Below are positions 34,462-48,189 of a stretch of DNA of 64,000 nt, piece after piece. Each line of letters opens with the position of its first letter. Positions within the stretch are counted from its first letter, which is position 1. This stretch comes from Amoebidium appalachense. Taxonomy: Eukaryota > Protista > Ichthyosporea. The translations under genes were made by a program, and so were the position numbers. Where the stretch lies: assembly GCA_963693365.1 (NCBI GenBank), contig CAVNZM010000014.1, positions 2,480,001 to 2,544,000 on the forward strand, written 5' to 3'. The notes beneath the pieces are model-generated. The model saw only the letters and a list, made by a program, of their open reading frames with translations, ran no database searches and was not told the DNA's origin.

Positions 34462-35333
34462 TATAGTCGAATGTTGTGTTTAGGGGAAGGAGGAGAGGGA
34501 GAAGAAAGAGAAGAAGAAGGAGGTGGGGCGTGCCTGAGATGGGCAAGAGGGGGGGGGATGGGTTTATTTATTTTTTTACTATTTTTTTCCCGCACAAGGT
34601 GGAGGACTTACTAAGACGAGGACTATTTATAGTAGCCTGTGTAATATGTGTTTGGTGGTAAAGAGTGGAATGCACATGGTTTGGAAGCTTATAGGAAATA
34701 TTTGGGTGGTGGATGGGCAGAGGGAAGTAGGGGATGACTGGGGGTGTGTTGCATAGATTTGTGGGCAGGTAGGAGGGGGAGAAGTGAAGTGTGTGTGTGT
34801 GTGTTGGGGGGGGGGGGGGGGGGGGGAGGGGGGGGGGGGGAGGGGGTTGGGGGGGGGGGGGGGGGAGAGAGAGAGGGGGGGGGGGGGGGGGGAAGGGGGC
34901 GAGAGCGAGGGAGAGATAGAGAAATAAGATAGAAGGTTGGGGGGGGGGGGGTGGAGACGGGGAAGGGGTTACATACATCATATGAATGACTCTCAAACTC
35001 ATCGATTGGTGGACAGTTCACCGCCTCGCCCTCCCCCCACGTTGAGAGTGAAGGCACGGTAGGCACAGACCTACGCCTGGGCCCGTAATGTGCCATTGAA
35101 AATTCGGGTGAGGTATTGAGCCCCCCCGAATGTTGGCCGTGGCTGTGGGTGGGGGGCTGGGGCTTGGGGCCGAAATTGCGGTGGTTGTCCAGGAACTCAC
35201 GGTATTTTTCAATGGCCAGGTACATGCGCCGACGGGCACCCTGTGGGTGGCAGGGCGGAAAGTTGTGTCAGTGTTTTTTCTTAGAGTATATTGGTTTGCG
35301 CAATCTCGTTAGTTATAAGGTGTGTGTGAATGT

Positions 35334-35371
<38 letters not shown>

Positions 35372-35382
35372 TGTGTGTGTGT

Positions 35383-35413
<31 letters not shown>

Positions 35414-35437
35414 GAGGAAGGGACGTGCGTGGGACGG

Positions 35438-35472
<35 letters not shown>

Positions 35473-36323
35473 GGAGCAGGGGGAAGGTGGGGGTGGGGTA
35501 AAAAGGGGAGACCTGACGAGAAATAGCACCGTGATATAATATCGGCTGAAGGACGTGTTGTGTTTGGCTAAACGCCATATCTTCCAAACATCAGAGTAAC
35601 GGCTTCTTACGTATACTTGTTCTTGATAAGTTATCAAAGACCACTATAGTTGCGATATCTTTCTTTTCATAGTGGTCTTTGATAAAATATTCAGAACGTT
35701 GTTTGATGACGTCATAGAACCCATCTCTCGCCGTCATCCGAACCGGCAAACACAACTAATATCATCACACACATACAATTTAGAACAAACAAAAAAATCA
35801 CATAAACCGGTTTTCAACAGCAGCAACTCACCTGAGTAGATATGCCCACCATGGCCAGCTCATCTTCACTCATGCACAGGAGGTCTTCAAACCTCACATC
35901 CTGCATCATCAGCACCTCGATGTACTTGTGGAGCCGCAATGTTCTCAGAAAACTGGGCACATCGTACGCACATTCCACTGAAAAGTCCAACGCATCCACA
36001 GAGTGTCTCTTCTTGTTGAGGTTGTCGAATCTCTTCCCCCTATAGTAACGCCCATGATAGAACTGCTTGCCATTGCGCTGGGGATTGTTGCCGAATCTCG
36101 GATAATCGTGATAATTGGCACGGTTGTGTGCCATCCTTAACTGCTGGTGTAGTGCATGCGCGTTTGGTGGAGGGATGTAGTAGGTATCAGAGACTGGACT
36201 TGAGGGTGAGGGTGGGGAAGGGGAAAATTCGTCTTCCAAGGGGTCCATGGGACGGGAGCCGCCGCTTAGTTTGTATGCCCTCATTCTGCTGATTGGCAGC
36301 GAGAAATGACCCACTGCCACCAT
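33543..36323 (-). CDS. Smaug/Vts1/SAMD4-family SAM-domain RNA-binding protein
   Basis: Exons 36323-35832, 35240-34977, 34046-~33543/33547. The SAM domain [57 protein letters not shown] spans intron 1 and has the LRLHKY and GARR signature. The 3' end is unresolved; a possible further exon begins at ~33255. Confidence 0.82.
35631..35685. repeat. Perfect 17-bp inverted repeat (hairpin) in SAM-gene intron 1
   Basis: TTATCAAAGACCACTAT-N21-ATAGTGGTCTTTGATAA. Confidence 0.85.
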
Positions 36324-37513
36324 TCATGTGATTAGGTGAACCCACCTACCGTCACGTGTTTAAAGCGGTATAATTGGATCGGCACGTGGCTTAAGTTAGC
36401 ATGGTTATTTATTAGATAATGTGCTTGGGTGAGTACATTGGATGTGTAAGGGGAAAACGTGAACTGTCCGAAGCTTTTTCGGTTCTTTACACGACTATCC
36501 GTTGACTGTGAGAACGAAACGCAAGCACTCAGAAATCACCAGATGAGGAAGTTGCGTGGGCTGTACAAGGTAAAGGAGCAGTCTTATGCACGTAATACGC
36601 CTAACTGCACTTTAAACACTCTATCATGTTAGAGTTTAGAATAATACCCCTTACACAACAGGATACGATATGAACTGAATCAACTGCAGCTGTTAGGGTT
36701 GTGTTGGTGGTTTTGACTTTGATCCCCCAAGAGCGGCGAACACTTTTTGAGAGGGTTTCAATGAGTGCAAGGTTTTGAAAAAGCCTTGGCCCACGCGGCC
36801 ACGTCCATCCTGGTGCCAGTTGGAGATAGATAAGACAATATGAACTGTAAGCTTACTAGATACGCGAAATGCGCTTGAATTTCTTATGAAATAGTAAATA
36901 CTAGATGCAACATAGAATATCTTAGTATCCGATTCTTCCAAGCACTATTACTACCTATATAGTATAAACCCAAAAAAAAATTGTGCTTTCGGAAGAATAT
37001 TGGCTCATATATTTTCATGAGTATGGAAAAAGCAAGAATGTACAGTATATGTTTTAGTCTGTTCGGATTGGTTGGGACAATAACCAATAGGAACAGTCGC
37101 GATTGTTTTTACGAAGTAGTGTTGAACTTTGAAGATTTCAGGTGGCCCCGCGCAGAGTTTCTGTTCGTTTATTCCCCCACTGCTAGATATATAGGCATCA
37201 TACTTTATAGGCTCATAAAAATACCATTATAGTTTTGAATTAGACGGATTTAAAACCAATTTTTTCCCAATTAAGGCTTCTATCTTGGACTGGTATCTAC
37301 ATCAGTTGCCGAAGATCTATTTCATTTATGTTCAAGTTTACACTCCTTCTTGGAACGTCCAATCAGACAATACAAATATATGCTTTTGGCGGGCTTGAAT
37401 GCCAACAGGGCGGTCAGTAAAACACGGAGTTTGAATTGGTTGCTTTTGGATGATCGCTCTCTGAGCTCAGCCTCCGTTGCAGGCGCCCTCGGGTCCGAAT
37501 GTGTGCACGTGAG

Positions 37514-38453
37514 TCACAGCCTGGGCAGGTGATCACGAACACCGTTGATGTACCCGTTTGTCTTCAACGAACGCATATGCTTGGTGCTGGTTGGAATTAA
37601 TTCGAACATGCACGGCCATTTGCGCAACGCCCTTGTTCGGCTTTTGGCATGAATGTACCATACATGTTCATGTGTCTGTGTGTGTAGCATGTAGTTTGAA
37701 TTCGCCTTGTGTGTGTGTTCATGTGTTTGGGGGGGGGGGGGGGGTGGGTCGTGCACCCCCGCGTGACCCTGTAAAAAAAGGTACAGGACAAGAGTCCTTC
37801 TTCTTCTCGTGTGGCCATCCAATATTATTGCTGCATCGGCAATACCCTTTAAGTTATAGTACGTGCCTGCGTGTGTGTGTACGTGTGTGTGTGTTGACAA
37901 TGTGTGTGTGTGTGTGTGTGTATTTGTGCGTCACGGTGCGTGTGTGCGTGTGTGCGTGTGACACTGTGCGTGTGTGTGTTGGTGTGTGCGTGTAGTACAC
38001 ACACCGACAACCGTAACTGTTCACGTATCGCAGTGTGTATGGATACTTGGAACGTTTGATTCAGAATTCTTCGAAGGTGAAAATTTGTCACACATTCGAT
38101 CTTTTTTCACTTACAGTAACTATAGAGTATATACATGTAACATGCACATGTGCTTGCAGATAAGTAAACACCCCCCTCCCCCCCCCTCCCCCCTCCCCCC
38201 TCCCCCCCACCCACCCACCACCACCACCACCACCACTACCGTGACACACACACATACACACGCACACACCGAAAACATATCATCGAAAGTTTGCTATTCT
38301 TGTTTCCAAGTTTTTTTCCTTTTTCTTTTTTTCTTTTCTTGTGTGTGTGTATACGTGTGTGGGAACTCCGGGGAGGGGGGCGGGCCCCCCGGGGAGGTGC
38401 ACCCGAGTTGGACAATGTTCCGAAAATGCTTCCTTGTTGTTGGTTGGGGGGGT
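37514..38453 (-). CDS. Tentative orphan spliced gene (or spliced non-coding/UTR exons), 5' end unresolved
   Basis: Repeat-free blocks 38453-38403, 38100-38005, 37846-37785, 37640-37514 are bounded by AG/GT and join in frame: TPPTNNKEAFSEHCPTR/IECVTNFHLRRILNQTFQVSIHTAIREQLRLS/GIADAAIILDGHTRRRRTLVL/RTRALRKWPCMFELIPTSTKHMRSLKTNGYINGVRDHLPRL*. The gaps are microsatellite-rich like the other introns. No homology recognised. Confidence 0.35.
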
Positions 38454-39129
38454 CTGACACTGACTCAGCAGGTTGCAAACATCAGCACAATAACAAACAC
38501 GTGCACCTTAGACCAGGTCCTTTTATTTTATTTGGGTTTCCCAAGTTGGAAAACACCTTAACGGCACTGTCACAGCCTGCCATGTGGTAGGCGACCACCT
38601 AACCGACGCCAGCAATTCGACTTGATCTACTTCGGATGAGGTTGCAGGCACACCAGAAACGATTGCTTTGCTGTCAGTTGGGCACAAAAATACGGGGATT
38701 ACAGCAAGCACAAACCAACCGAACCATGTATGTTACTTTAGCACAAGTTATCCGATAAGCGGCGTGAGTACATCTTTTGAAGCACATCAGAACACATGCG
38801 CACGCAAACAAACCATTGGCGCCAAAAAGAAAAGGAAGAAGAAGAAAAAGAATAAAACAGAATGGTATAAGCGGACCAGGGAAAGTTACTGGGCAGACTC
38901 GAAGAAAATCACCGTGTTGGCACAGTGCCTCTCCGTAACGGCCTTCCCTCTAAACCTCCTTAATGAGTCATGATAAAATAGGCAATCACCTATCATCATG
39001 CAAATGGTCGTTATTAGTCATATTGGTATTTATTTGAAGTGGGTAAAATCATGGAAACCCGAAGCCGGAAATAAAATCATCGAAAATAAAATATAGAAAA
39101 TAAATAACAAAAAAGAAAAGCGCGGCAAA

Positions 39130-39238
39130 TTACTGGGCCTTCTTGGTGTCGTACTTGGATGCCACGTAGGTGGTGCCCAGGAGCTTGAGCTGGCGGAGGC
39201 ACGACAGGACGTTGCTTGGGATCGAATTGAAGTGCACG

Positions 39239-39289
<51 letters not shown>

Positions 39290-40618
39290 CATGTGGGGTG
39301 TGAATGCAGGCGTGTGTGCCGCACTTTCTTGTTGTGGGTGTATGTGTGGGTGAGGGTGGGGGAGAAGAGGGCAGGGGGGGGGGGGGGGGGGGGGGGGGTT
39401 AAAGTGCTTGAATGGTTTTGGTGGTGAGGGTGAAGGTGGTTGTGGCGTTGAGTCGCGAATCAAAACAGACGAAGGAACAACAGGAAAGATCAAGAATCTT
39501 TGTTCAAAGGCATACAAGAACGACAAAGAGGGCAGGGGGAGAGTAAAGGGTGGGGGCACAACGCTTGGGGTTGGTGATGGAGGAGGAGCAGGTGGTGGTG
39601 GTGTCGGTCCTTATGTGTGTTTGTGTGTTTGTGTGTGTGTGTGTGTGTGCACGCACGCTTGTGTAGGCGGGTGGGGGGAGGAAGGGGGGGGGGGGGGGGG
39701 GGGGAGGGGGGGGGGGGGGGGGGGGGGGGTTTGAATGCGGAGCACGGTACGAAGTACGCATACACGATGAGAAGCATGGTGCAGGACACATGCAAAGGCA
39801 AACATTCAAGTATGCAACATCAGCCATGCGCACAGTATGTGTCATAAGCAGAGCCCATCCTCAGGGAGGGCCCAAGTCATCAATTGCGTCTGAGTTTCGA
39901 CCCCTTAGCCCGCGTATATACGACTCTCCAACTCATACAGCAGCATCAACTGAACTTGGGAGGGTCAACCCGTCTTGATCAAAGACGAGCGGGGTTGCTT
40001 ATGCAAGCCAGGTGAGCAAAACGGTGAAGATGTGTGTGCAAACTAAAGCAGTGCAGCGAAAAATGCGTATGTGCTTACAGATGCACGACACAGAGCAACC
40101 ATGCCCTGTTGCATGGAAGTAAAGCGGTCTGGGGGGGGGGGGTACCTGGACACCATATTCCTCACAGCACTTCTTAACGACGGGGGCAATCTTTGAGTAG
40201 TGGGCATGGCTCATGCGGGGGAACAAATGGTGCTCGATCTGGTAGTTGAGCCCACCGTTGCTGATTGCAAGACGCCAACCGCATAGGTTGCTGCTGCTCT
40301 CGACCTGGAAAAACGCAAACATAAACAGTGTGAAGTGACTATCTCTTTGTGTCTATGGCAGTCGTACCATATATCCATTCTTAGCCCTGCCTAATGCCCC
40401 GTTCATAATCAAACCAATAAACTCGCGGGATTTGATGATCATAAAGGTCTTGCACAAAATTGAGCTCAAAAAAAAATGTTTTCTACATGGTCGAAAAAGA
40501 TATGAAGTTTGGTTGGTAAGCTCCTTCGAGAAGATCAAAACAAACCATGGGCAACAGAAAAGTGACCCGAATGCAAGCACGGGGCCAGCTTACCTATAAA
40601 CATGTAACTTCCCCCTCC

Positions 40619-40657
<39 letters not shown>

Positions 40658-40718
40658 GCGAGAGAGTGAGAGAGGATCCGGGAGGAGATGGGGAAGGGGG
40701 GAAGGGAGAGGCAGGGGA

Positions 40719-40753
<35 letters not shown>

Positions 40754-41016
40754 GAAGGGGCACACACACGCACACGCACACGTGGCATGTGCACGGCACA
40801 CACACGCACACACACAAACTCCCGCCCACATCCCACACAACCACACCCCACCAAATCTGTCTCTCTCTCTTTCCCTCGCTCTAATCCCCCCTCCCCCTCA
40901 TCCCCAGCCACACCCCACCCAATCCTCCTCCCCCCCCCCCCCCCCCCCCCAAACCCTACCCACCCGCACCCATCTCCCCCCACCCACTACTCACTCCCCC
41001 CCCCCCCCCCCCCCAA

Positions 41017-41058
<42 letters not shown>

Positions 41059-41893
41059 ACACACACACACACACACCTGGTGCTTGGTCCAGTCCACATT
41101 CTCCGTCGTTGCCGGCAGGGCCTTTGCCTCCTCAAAGATGTGGGAGAGGATGAAGAAGAAGCCCAGGTAGGCAGCGCCCATCCCCAACCACACGTACGTG
41201 CACCACACAGTGTGCCACGACGGGTACAGGTACATGGGGATGACTGTGTACGTGTGTGTGCGTGTGTGCGTGTTTGTAGGTGTGTGTGTGTGTGTGTGTG
41301 TGCGTGGGTGAGTAGGCGTGTGTGTGCGTGTGTCCATGTGTAGAATGGGTTGGCAAGTGAATACACACACGTGTGTATTTGTGTTGAGGAGGGGAGGGGG
41401 AAGGGGGGGGGGGGGGGGGGGGAGGGGGGGGGGGGTTGCATGTGTGAGTGGTTGGACATCCGAGTTTGTGTTGTTTTCGTCGTGTGTGTGTACTGTACGT
41501 GTGCGTCTCGTGCATGCGGTTGTGTCTGCCTGTTCGTGGTTGCACGCATCTCCATCTGCATGTAGGTAGGGTGTGCATGCGTGTGTCGCTGTGTGCGCTT
41601 GCAAGCGTGAGTGCGTGTGCCTGTATGTAATTGCTTTCAATTCACAGTCCGAAATGCATGGCTGGACTATCTTCTTCTGCAAGTTCGGGGGAGAGGAGGG
41701 GGCGGGGAGGAGGCGAGGGGGGGGGGGGGGGGGGGGGGGCCAAGAGTGTGGGGAACGGGAAGGCACATCAGAGAGAAAAAGAGGGGAGGGAGGGAGGGAG
41801 GGAGAGATGGCGAGAATGAGGGGGGGAGAGGGAGTTGGGAAAAGGGCGGAGAGGGGGGGGGGGGGGGGGAGGAGAGAGAGGGAGGGAGGGAGG

Positions 41894-41940
<47 letters not shown>

Positions 41941-42438
41941 TGTGTGTGCAATCGAGAGAGAGAGAGAGGAGAGAAAGAGACGTAGCACCAAGAGCAAAAG
42001 CAACCGAAAGCGAGAGAGAGAGCGATCGAAGGACAATGAAGGACACTCACTGAATCGCCTGAGGTAAAGGAAAATCCTCAACCCAACCGACACGTTCCTC
42101 TCAAACGTATACGTCTTGGGGAGATTATGTCCCTTGTAGGTCATAGTGAGAAGGTGCACCATGCCGCCAAACACCCACTGCAGGCCCAGCATGTGCAGGA
42201 GTGGGCCTGTGTACATGTCCTGTACGGCCATGTAGCTCTTGGGCCATTGGTACTGCGAGAGGTTGAGCGCGGCGCCGGCACTGCGTGTGAAAATGTAAAA
42301 GAGAGGAGATGAGAAAAAATTAACCATTTAGAGGGATTCCATTTTCGATTTTTAAAAGGATTCCATTTTCCCGTTTATTGCATTCTCCTTTCCAAATACC
42401 CCATTCCCCCCCCCCCCCCCCTCTTTTTTTTTTTTGAG

Positions 42439-42507
<69 letters not shown>

Positions 42508-42508
42508 C

Positions 42509-42549
<41 letters not shown>

Positions 42550-42983
42550 TGTTATGTAGCTCTAGGGCCACTGGTACTGTGTGCAAATGTGAAAAAAAAA
42601 AAAAAAAAAAAAAGGCGGAAAGAAAGAAAGAAAAGAGGATGGATGGTCAGTGACGGGAATTGTTCTCTTTTTTTTTGGTTTTAGTGTGTATTTGTGTGGT
42701 TGGGGGGGGGGGGGGGGGGGGGTCATGTAATATCGCTCTCCTTCTTGGGCCACTAATACTGCCTAATACTAGGAGAGGTTGAGCGCGTCACCGGCACTGT
42801 GTGCAAACGTCAATTTTAGATGGATGGATGGATCATCTGTGACGGCATTCACTTCTTTTTGTGTTATCCTCCTTTTTCAGGTTCTTTTTTTTTTTTTTTT
42901 TTCCCCTCCCTTTTTTCCCCCCCCCCCTTTTTTTTTTTTCGTGTGTGCGTGCTCGCTCGCGGGCGCACGCCTGTGTAGTGTGT

Positions 42984-43015
<32 letters not shown>

Positions 43016-44202
43016 ATACGAGATATCGGGGTCATGTGCCTCGCGGTTGCAGTGCACGTGGTGGCCCACAACATGCTGACGGATCCAAAGCATGCGGGAA
43101 CCCCCAATGTAGTCCTGTAGGGATATTAATGGTTGGTCAGCAGCATGCACATGCACAGACACACGCCTGTACGCCACACGAACATACACAAGAAAACATG
43201 CAAACACGGTGTGTGCACACACCGAGAGAGAGACACACACACAGATACAGACACAGACACAAGACAGAGAGCCACGCACACACCCGTTCCGAACCTGCCC
43301 TTACGAGTCTATCGCCCTTTTCTTCCTTATACCCTACTCACACCCACACCAACAGCAACAAACACACTCAACCACATGTGCACCTACATCAATGCCAATC
43401 CACCGACCCGCCTGCCTACACCCAAAACTTTACCCCCCCCCCCCCCCCCCAAAAAAGAAAGAAAGAAAGAAAGAAAGCGGGAAAAAAACCCACCCACCTG
43501 ACTGTACCCAAACAGGCGGTTAATGAGGGGGTTCTTGCTGACGGCACCGTGGTTGGCGTCGTGTTGAATGTTGAGACCAATCCACGCGTAGATCACGCCA
43601 CCAATCACAGCCTGCGTTTAAAAATTGACACTATTAAAGGAGGTTTCTTTTAGGTCGATTACAGGCCCTTCCGGGCCAGGCCAGAACGCTGTTTGATGCA
43701 CATCTAGCCAATTACAAAACGCAAATCGATTTCGGGTTTTACGCACTTTAACATTGGGTCCATTGCTCGGGGGACCCATGCACCTATGGATATATCCTCC
43801 AACCAATCACAGCGAGCAACAAACAAACAATAGATCCCAAATAATTTCATAGCGCACCCCAACTAACTGCAGTCTGTTCAAGGAAGGAAGATTGCCTCAA
43901 TCAATTAAAATTTTATCGGAAAATGGAGACGAAAAAAAAGGTAGGGTGCATAACCCCGAGCAGCACAATAAAGGCATTGTGCTCCCAATCCTTATTCTCA
44001 GGATTGTTCTCCCCCCCCCCCCCCCCGAGCCCTCCGGCCCCCCCCGGGGGGACGGACAACACCCCCACACCCATCCATACAAAGCACCCGACCAAAACAC
44101 ATGTCCCACTTTTCCAAACACTGGACACGTACAAATGCACAAATGCATACACAAGCATGCCCCAACACAAAGACACCTTTCCACACGCACACGCACACGC
44201 AG

Positions 44203-44240
<38 letters not shown>

Positions 44241-44362
44241 CGCCCTCCTCCGTCCCGTGCCCTGCACCCCTACACACCTGCGTCATGGATGGGACATATA
44301 GACATACACATATGTATATGCATGCATGCACGTGTGTGCGCGCACACACCCGTACCCGACCT

Positions 44363-44394
<32 letters not shown>

Positions 44395-44865
44395 ACACCC
44401 CACATACCTGGGTCATGGATGGCCCTTTGGCGATCCAGTAATAGTCGCAGTAGAAAGCAGCGGCCAAAATGGCAAGGGTCTTGATATACCTGTATATCCA
44501 AAAACAGATTTAAATACTAGAAAATAAATTACTAGTATCTCCCGATCAAAAGAGGCTCCCACAGTTTGCTTACCCCGAGAATCCTTGGTTGTGTGTGTGT
44601 GTGCGCGCGCGTGTCTGTATGTGCGTGTGCACCACTGAAGCCATTGCACAAACAACATCCCCGGAGCCAAGCAACATGGCACACCAACGAATACCCAATC
44701 AAGACAACCCGCCCTTCCCCCCCCCCCCCCCCCCCCCACACCCACCACTTACACACACACACACACACACTATACACCACTGTACAAGCTTGCAAACAAA
44801 CATGGAGAACGTACACGGCTGCTCGACCTACCCACCCTGGCTCCCCCCCCCAACCACACACACAC

Positions 44866-44898
<33 letters not shown>

Positions 44899-45280
44899 AC
44901 CTCCCAGTGACAAAGACACATCCATGCACACACTACACACGTTTCCACACACGCGAACACCCACAGACACAAACACAAAACACCCACACATGTACATGCG
45001 CCTGTCTCCCCCCCATTTCCCCCCCCTCCCCACGCAGGGCGCGCACACACACTCTTTACACAACAACCCCCCCCCCCCCCCCCCGCCCTTGCCCCCTCCC
45101 CACACACAGTGTCCCCCCCCCCCTCTCCCTTCCCCTCACGCCTCCACGCCCCTCCGCAGACACACATGCTCACGCACGTGTGCCCACAGATACACACACA
45201 CACACACACACGTTACACCAATTTCCCCACATCTCCTCCCCCCACACCTCTATACACACAAGCACGCGCACAAACAACCT

Positions 45281-45323
<43 letters not shown>

Positions 45324-45992
45324 ACACACACACCCGTACTACGTACCAGGACGCTGGAGCCCACCACTCGTTCAGAGGCAGAACCTCCCTCACTCTCCTC
45401 CTCACCTCCTTCGTGAACTCAGTGTGGAACGCGTAGCTCTTGTCTGGAACAACTGACCCAACACGGTGCTTCTGAAGTGCCTGCGGAAGCTTCTCGTACT
45501 GGTGCAACATGTAGAAGTGTGCCGTCGCATCCTGCATGTGCAAGAGGTGAGTATTGAAAAAGTAGTTGTGTGCGCAAGAGGTGTGTTGTGAAAAAGTAAA
45601 GTGTGTGCAGGAGGTGAGTTGTGCAGAAGTAGTGTGTGCAAGAGGTGAGTTGTGCAAAAGATGAGTTGTGCAGGAGGCGTGCCGTGGCATCCTGCATTGC
45701 GCAGGTGTAAAGTAGCGCGTGTGCAAGGAGTGAGTTTTTTAAAAATAGCACGTGTGAAAGAGGTGAGTTTGGTGAAAGTAGTGCATGTGCACGAGGTGAA
45801 TTTGCGAGAGGTGAGCTGTGCAAGAGGTGAGTTGTGAAGGAGGTAAGCTTTGCAGGAAGTGAGATTTATAAGTGGTGAGTTGTGCAAGAACCGCGCAGTC
45901 ACATCCTGCAAGCACACGTGTCCGTGTGAAAAAAGTGAGTTGTGTGGACGATTAAAATATTCAAACTAAAAGCAGCGAAAGAACTGAGTTTT

Positions 45993-46026
<34 letters not shown>

Positions 46027-46216
46027 AAATAACCCCCATTGCCCGAGGTCTGCGAGTGAGAGTGTAAGAAGTAAAGCTTACAGCTAGTGGATTGTCAGGG
46101 AGTGTGTTGTTGAAAGAAGAAGTCTTCGAGTATGCTGAGAAATGCTGCGACACAAGGGGAGAAAAAATCTGGAGGGGAGGCATCGAATGAAAGGAATTAA
46201 ACAACAATAAGGCATG

Positions 46217-46248
<32 letters not shown>

Positions 46249-47513
46249 CATTCCCCCTCCACCCCCCCCCTCCCCTCCCCTCCCACCCCCCAACCCCCCT
46301 CCCAAAAAAAAAAAAAAAAAGAATGAAAGAAAAACAAAAAAGAAAAAGAAAAGAAAGAAAATGGCACGCACCTGACCGACAAAGAGGATGACGTCATCAC
46401 CACCGGGGTGGGAGTCCTTGAAGGCCACCAGGTCGTAGACCCCGTCTTCGAGGATGGCATAACGGTCGCTGTTGTACACGTCGTCACGACTCCATACCTT
46501 CTCTGCCTTGCCGAAGTCTGTTTTTTGTCGTTTTTTTTTTTTTTTTTTTTTTTTGGGGGGGGGGGGGGGGGGGTTCAAATGTGTTGTGGAGCACAAAGAA
46601 CAGCAACGGGCGAGGTTGATTGTGGGGTTGCGGGCAGATGGGTTGTGAAAGGGGTGTTTTTTAATTTTTTATTATTATTATTTTTTTTGGGGGGGGGGGG
46701 GGGAGGGGGGGAGGGATTGACACGGTTGCAGGATACGAAGTACACATTGAAGACGAACAACACGGTACTCATTTAAGATAGAAGAGCTAAAATATGTGTG
46801 TGTGCAACATAGGATATGTGGGAGGGGGACGAGGGGGAAGGGGGGAACGGGGGGGGGGGGGGGAGGGGGGGGCTTTTCTTTTTATTTTCTTTCTTTTTCT
46901 TTTTTGGAGGAGATGGGGGGGAGGGGAGGGGAGGGGGCTTAGGAGGGAGAGGGGAATAAAACACATTCAGCGTACATAAGATGAAGAGGAACAGAGAAAA
47001 GGAAAGGAGGAGGAGATTGGGGGGAGGGGGGGGTGGAAACAGAGGGACACACATGGTTTATATGTAGTGTGTGGCCTAATATTAGAGGGCACAAGAAGTA
47101 GAACTACATAGATATTGTGCTTTCTTAGACCAGAGCAGCCACATTGCACACTGCCGTCTGCCGCAAAGAAAAAATCTTGCGTCAAGCAGAAACCAAGCAC
47201 CAAGGAGCCCCAACGTAATACTCAAGAGCACAACCAAGTAGATGTCCTTGATCTAGCAGGGTACGGGCCGGGGCACATGTATTCTAAAAAAAAAAAACGA
47301 ACATGAGTAGTTCTGTAAACTCGCACATACAGAACTCGCCAGAGTTTTGTGCGATTGCGAGTAGAAAACACAGCTTGACCGTCCGCACATGTAAGGTGGT
47401 GACTGAATGTGTCCACAAGCGGCATACTAAGATGCGTGACCGTATGTGCGAACCATTTTGCGTGTGGACGTGTGGGTGTTGTGTGTTTGCCATGCAGGAC
47501 CTCAGGGGCTGTG

Positions 47514-47574
<61 letters not shown>

Positions 47575-48189
47575 GTGTTCCCTATTGCACGTGAGCTGAT
47601 AAGAGCCTTGTGTGCCGAGCGTATGTGGGAGCGCTCGCGTGTAGGCATATCCAGATGTGGGCTTGTTTGTGGTCGTAAGCATGTGTAAAATGCCTGTGGG
47701 CTTGTTTGTGGCCGTAAGCATGTGTAAATGCCTATGTTGTTACTATGAAGATATAGCAACCTGCGTGAGTAAACACGAGCCGTATAGCAACAGTGTCCTC
47801 ACACGTAGTTTCGTTCTTCTGCATAGAGATACAAATATCTGAGATATGGAGGGACACAAAGTGCGAGAGTTTTTGTATGTGTATGTGGGTGTGGAGAAGG
47901 GGGGGGGGGGGGGGGGGGGGGGGGAAGAAGGAGGGGGGGAGGGCGTGTGTGTGTGTCCCTCTGTGTTTATGGGTGGCTGGGCAGATGTGTGGTTGGGTCA
48001 GTGTGTAGGGTTGTGTGCATGCATGCTGTTGTGTCTGCTTGTGGGTGTACAGTGTGTTGCAAGTGTGTTTCCGTCCTTGTGCATGCGTGTTGATGTAAGC
48101 GTAGCCCATGTACGGGGCGCCCACACAGAACAAATAGTCCACATACCGGCAGGTGTGGTCACTGGTGCCGTGTTGCTGCAAGGTGGCAT
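39130..48189 (-). CDS. Front-end (delta-5-like) fatty acid desaturase with N-terminal cytochrome b5 domain, 443 aa, 10 exons
   Basis: Exons 48189-48147, 46517-46372, 45531-45347, 44489-44408, 43611-43498, 43114-43020, 42280-42051, 41243-41077, 40304-40146, 39240-39130; all phases match (1332 nt). Motifs: HPGG, HDANH, QHVVGHH and QIEHHLFP. Confidence 0.95.
39730..40130 (-). mobile_element. Poly-C-inserted retroposon family, 401-bp copy in desaturase intron 9
   Basis: Reverse complement matches ~4000-4394. It is flanked by C-runs on both sides on the minus strand and starts ~15 nt after the splice donor. Confidence 0.8.
45535..45945. repeat. Degenerate short tandem repeat next to the desaturase exon-3 acceptor
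   Basis: About 12 variants of GAGGTGAGTTGTGCAA, which reads TTGCACAACTCACCTC on the gene's sense strand. Confidence 0.8.
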
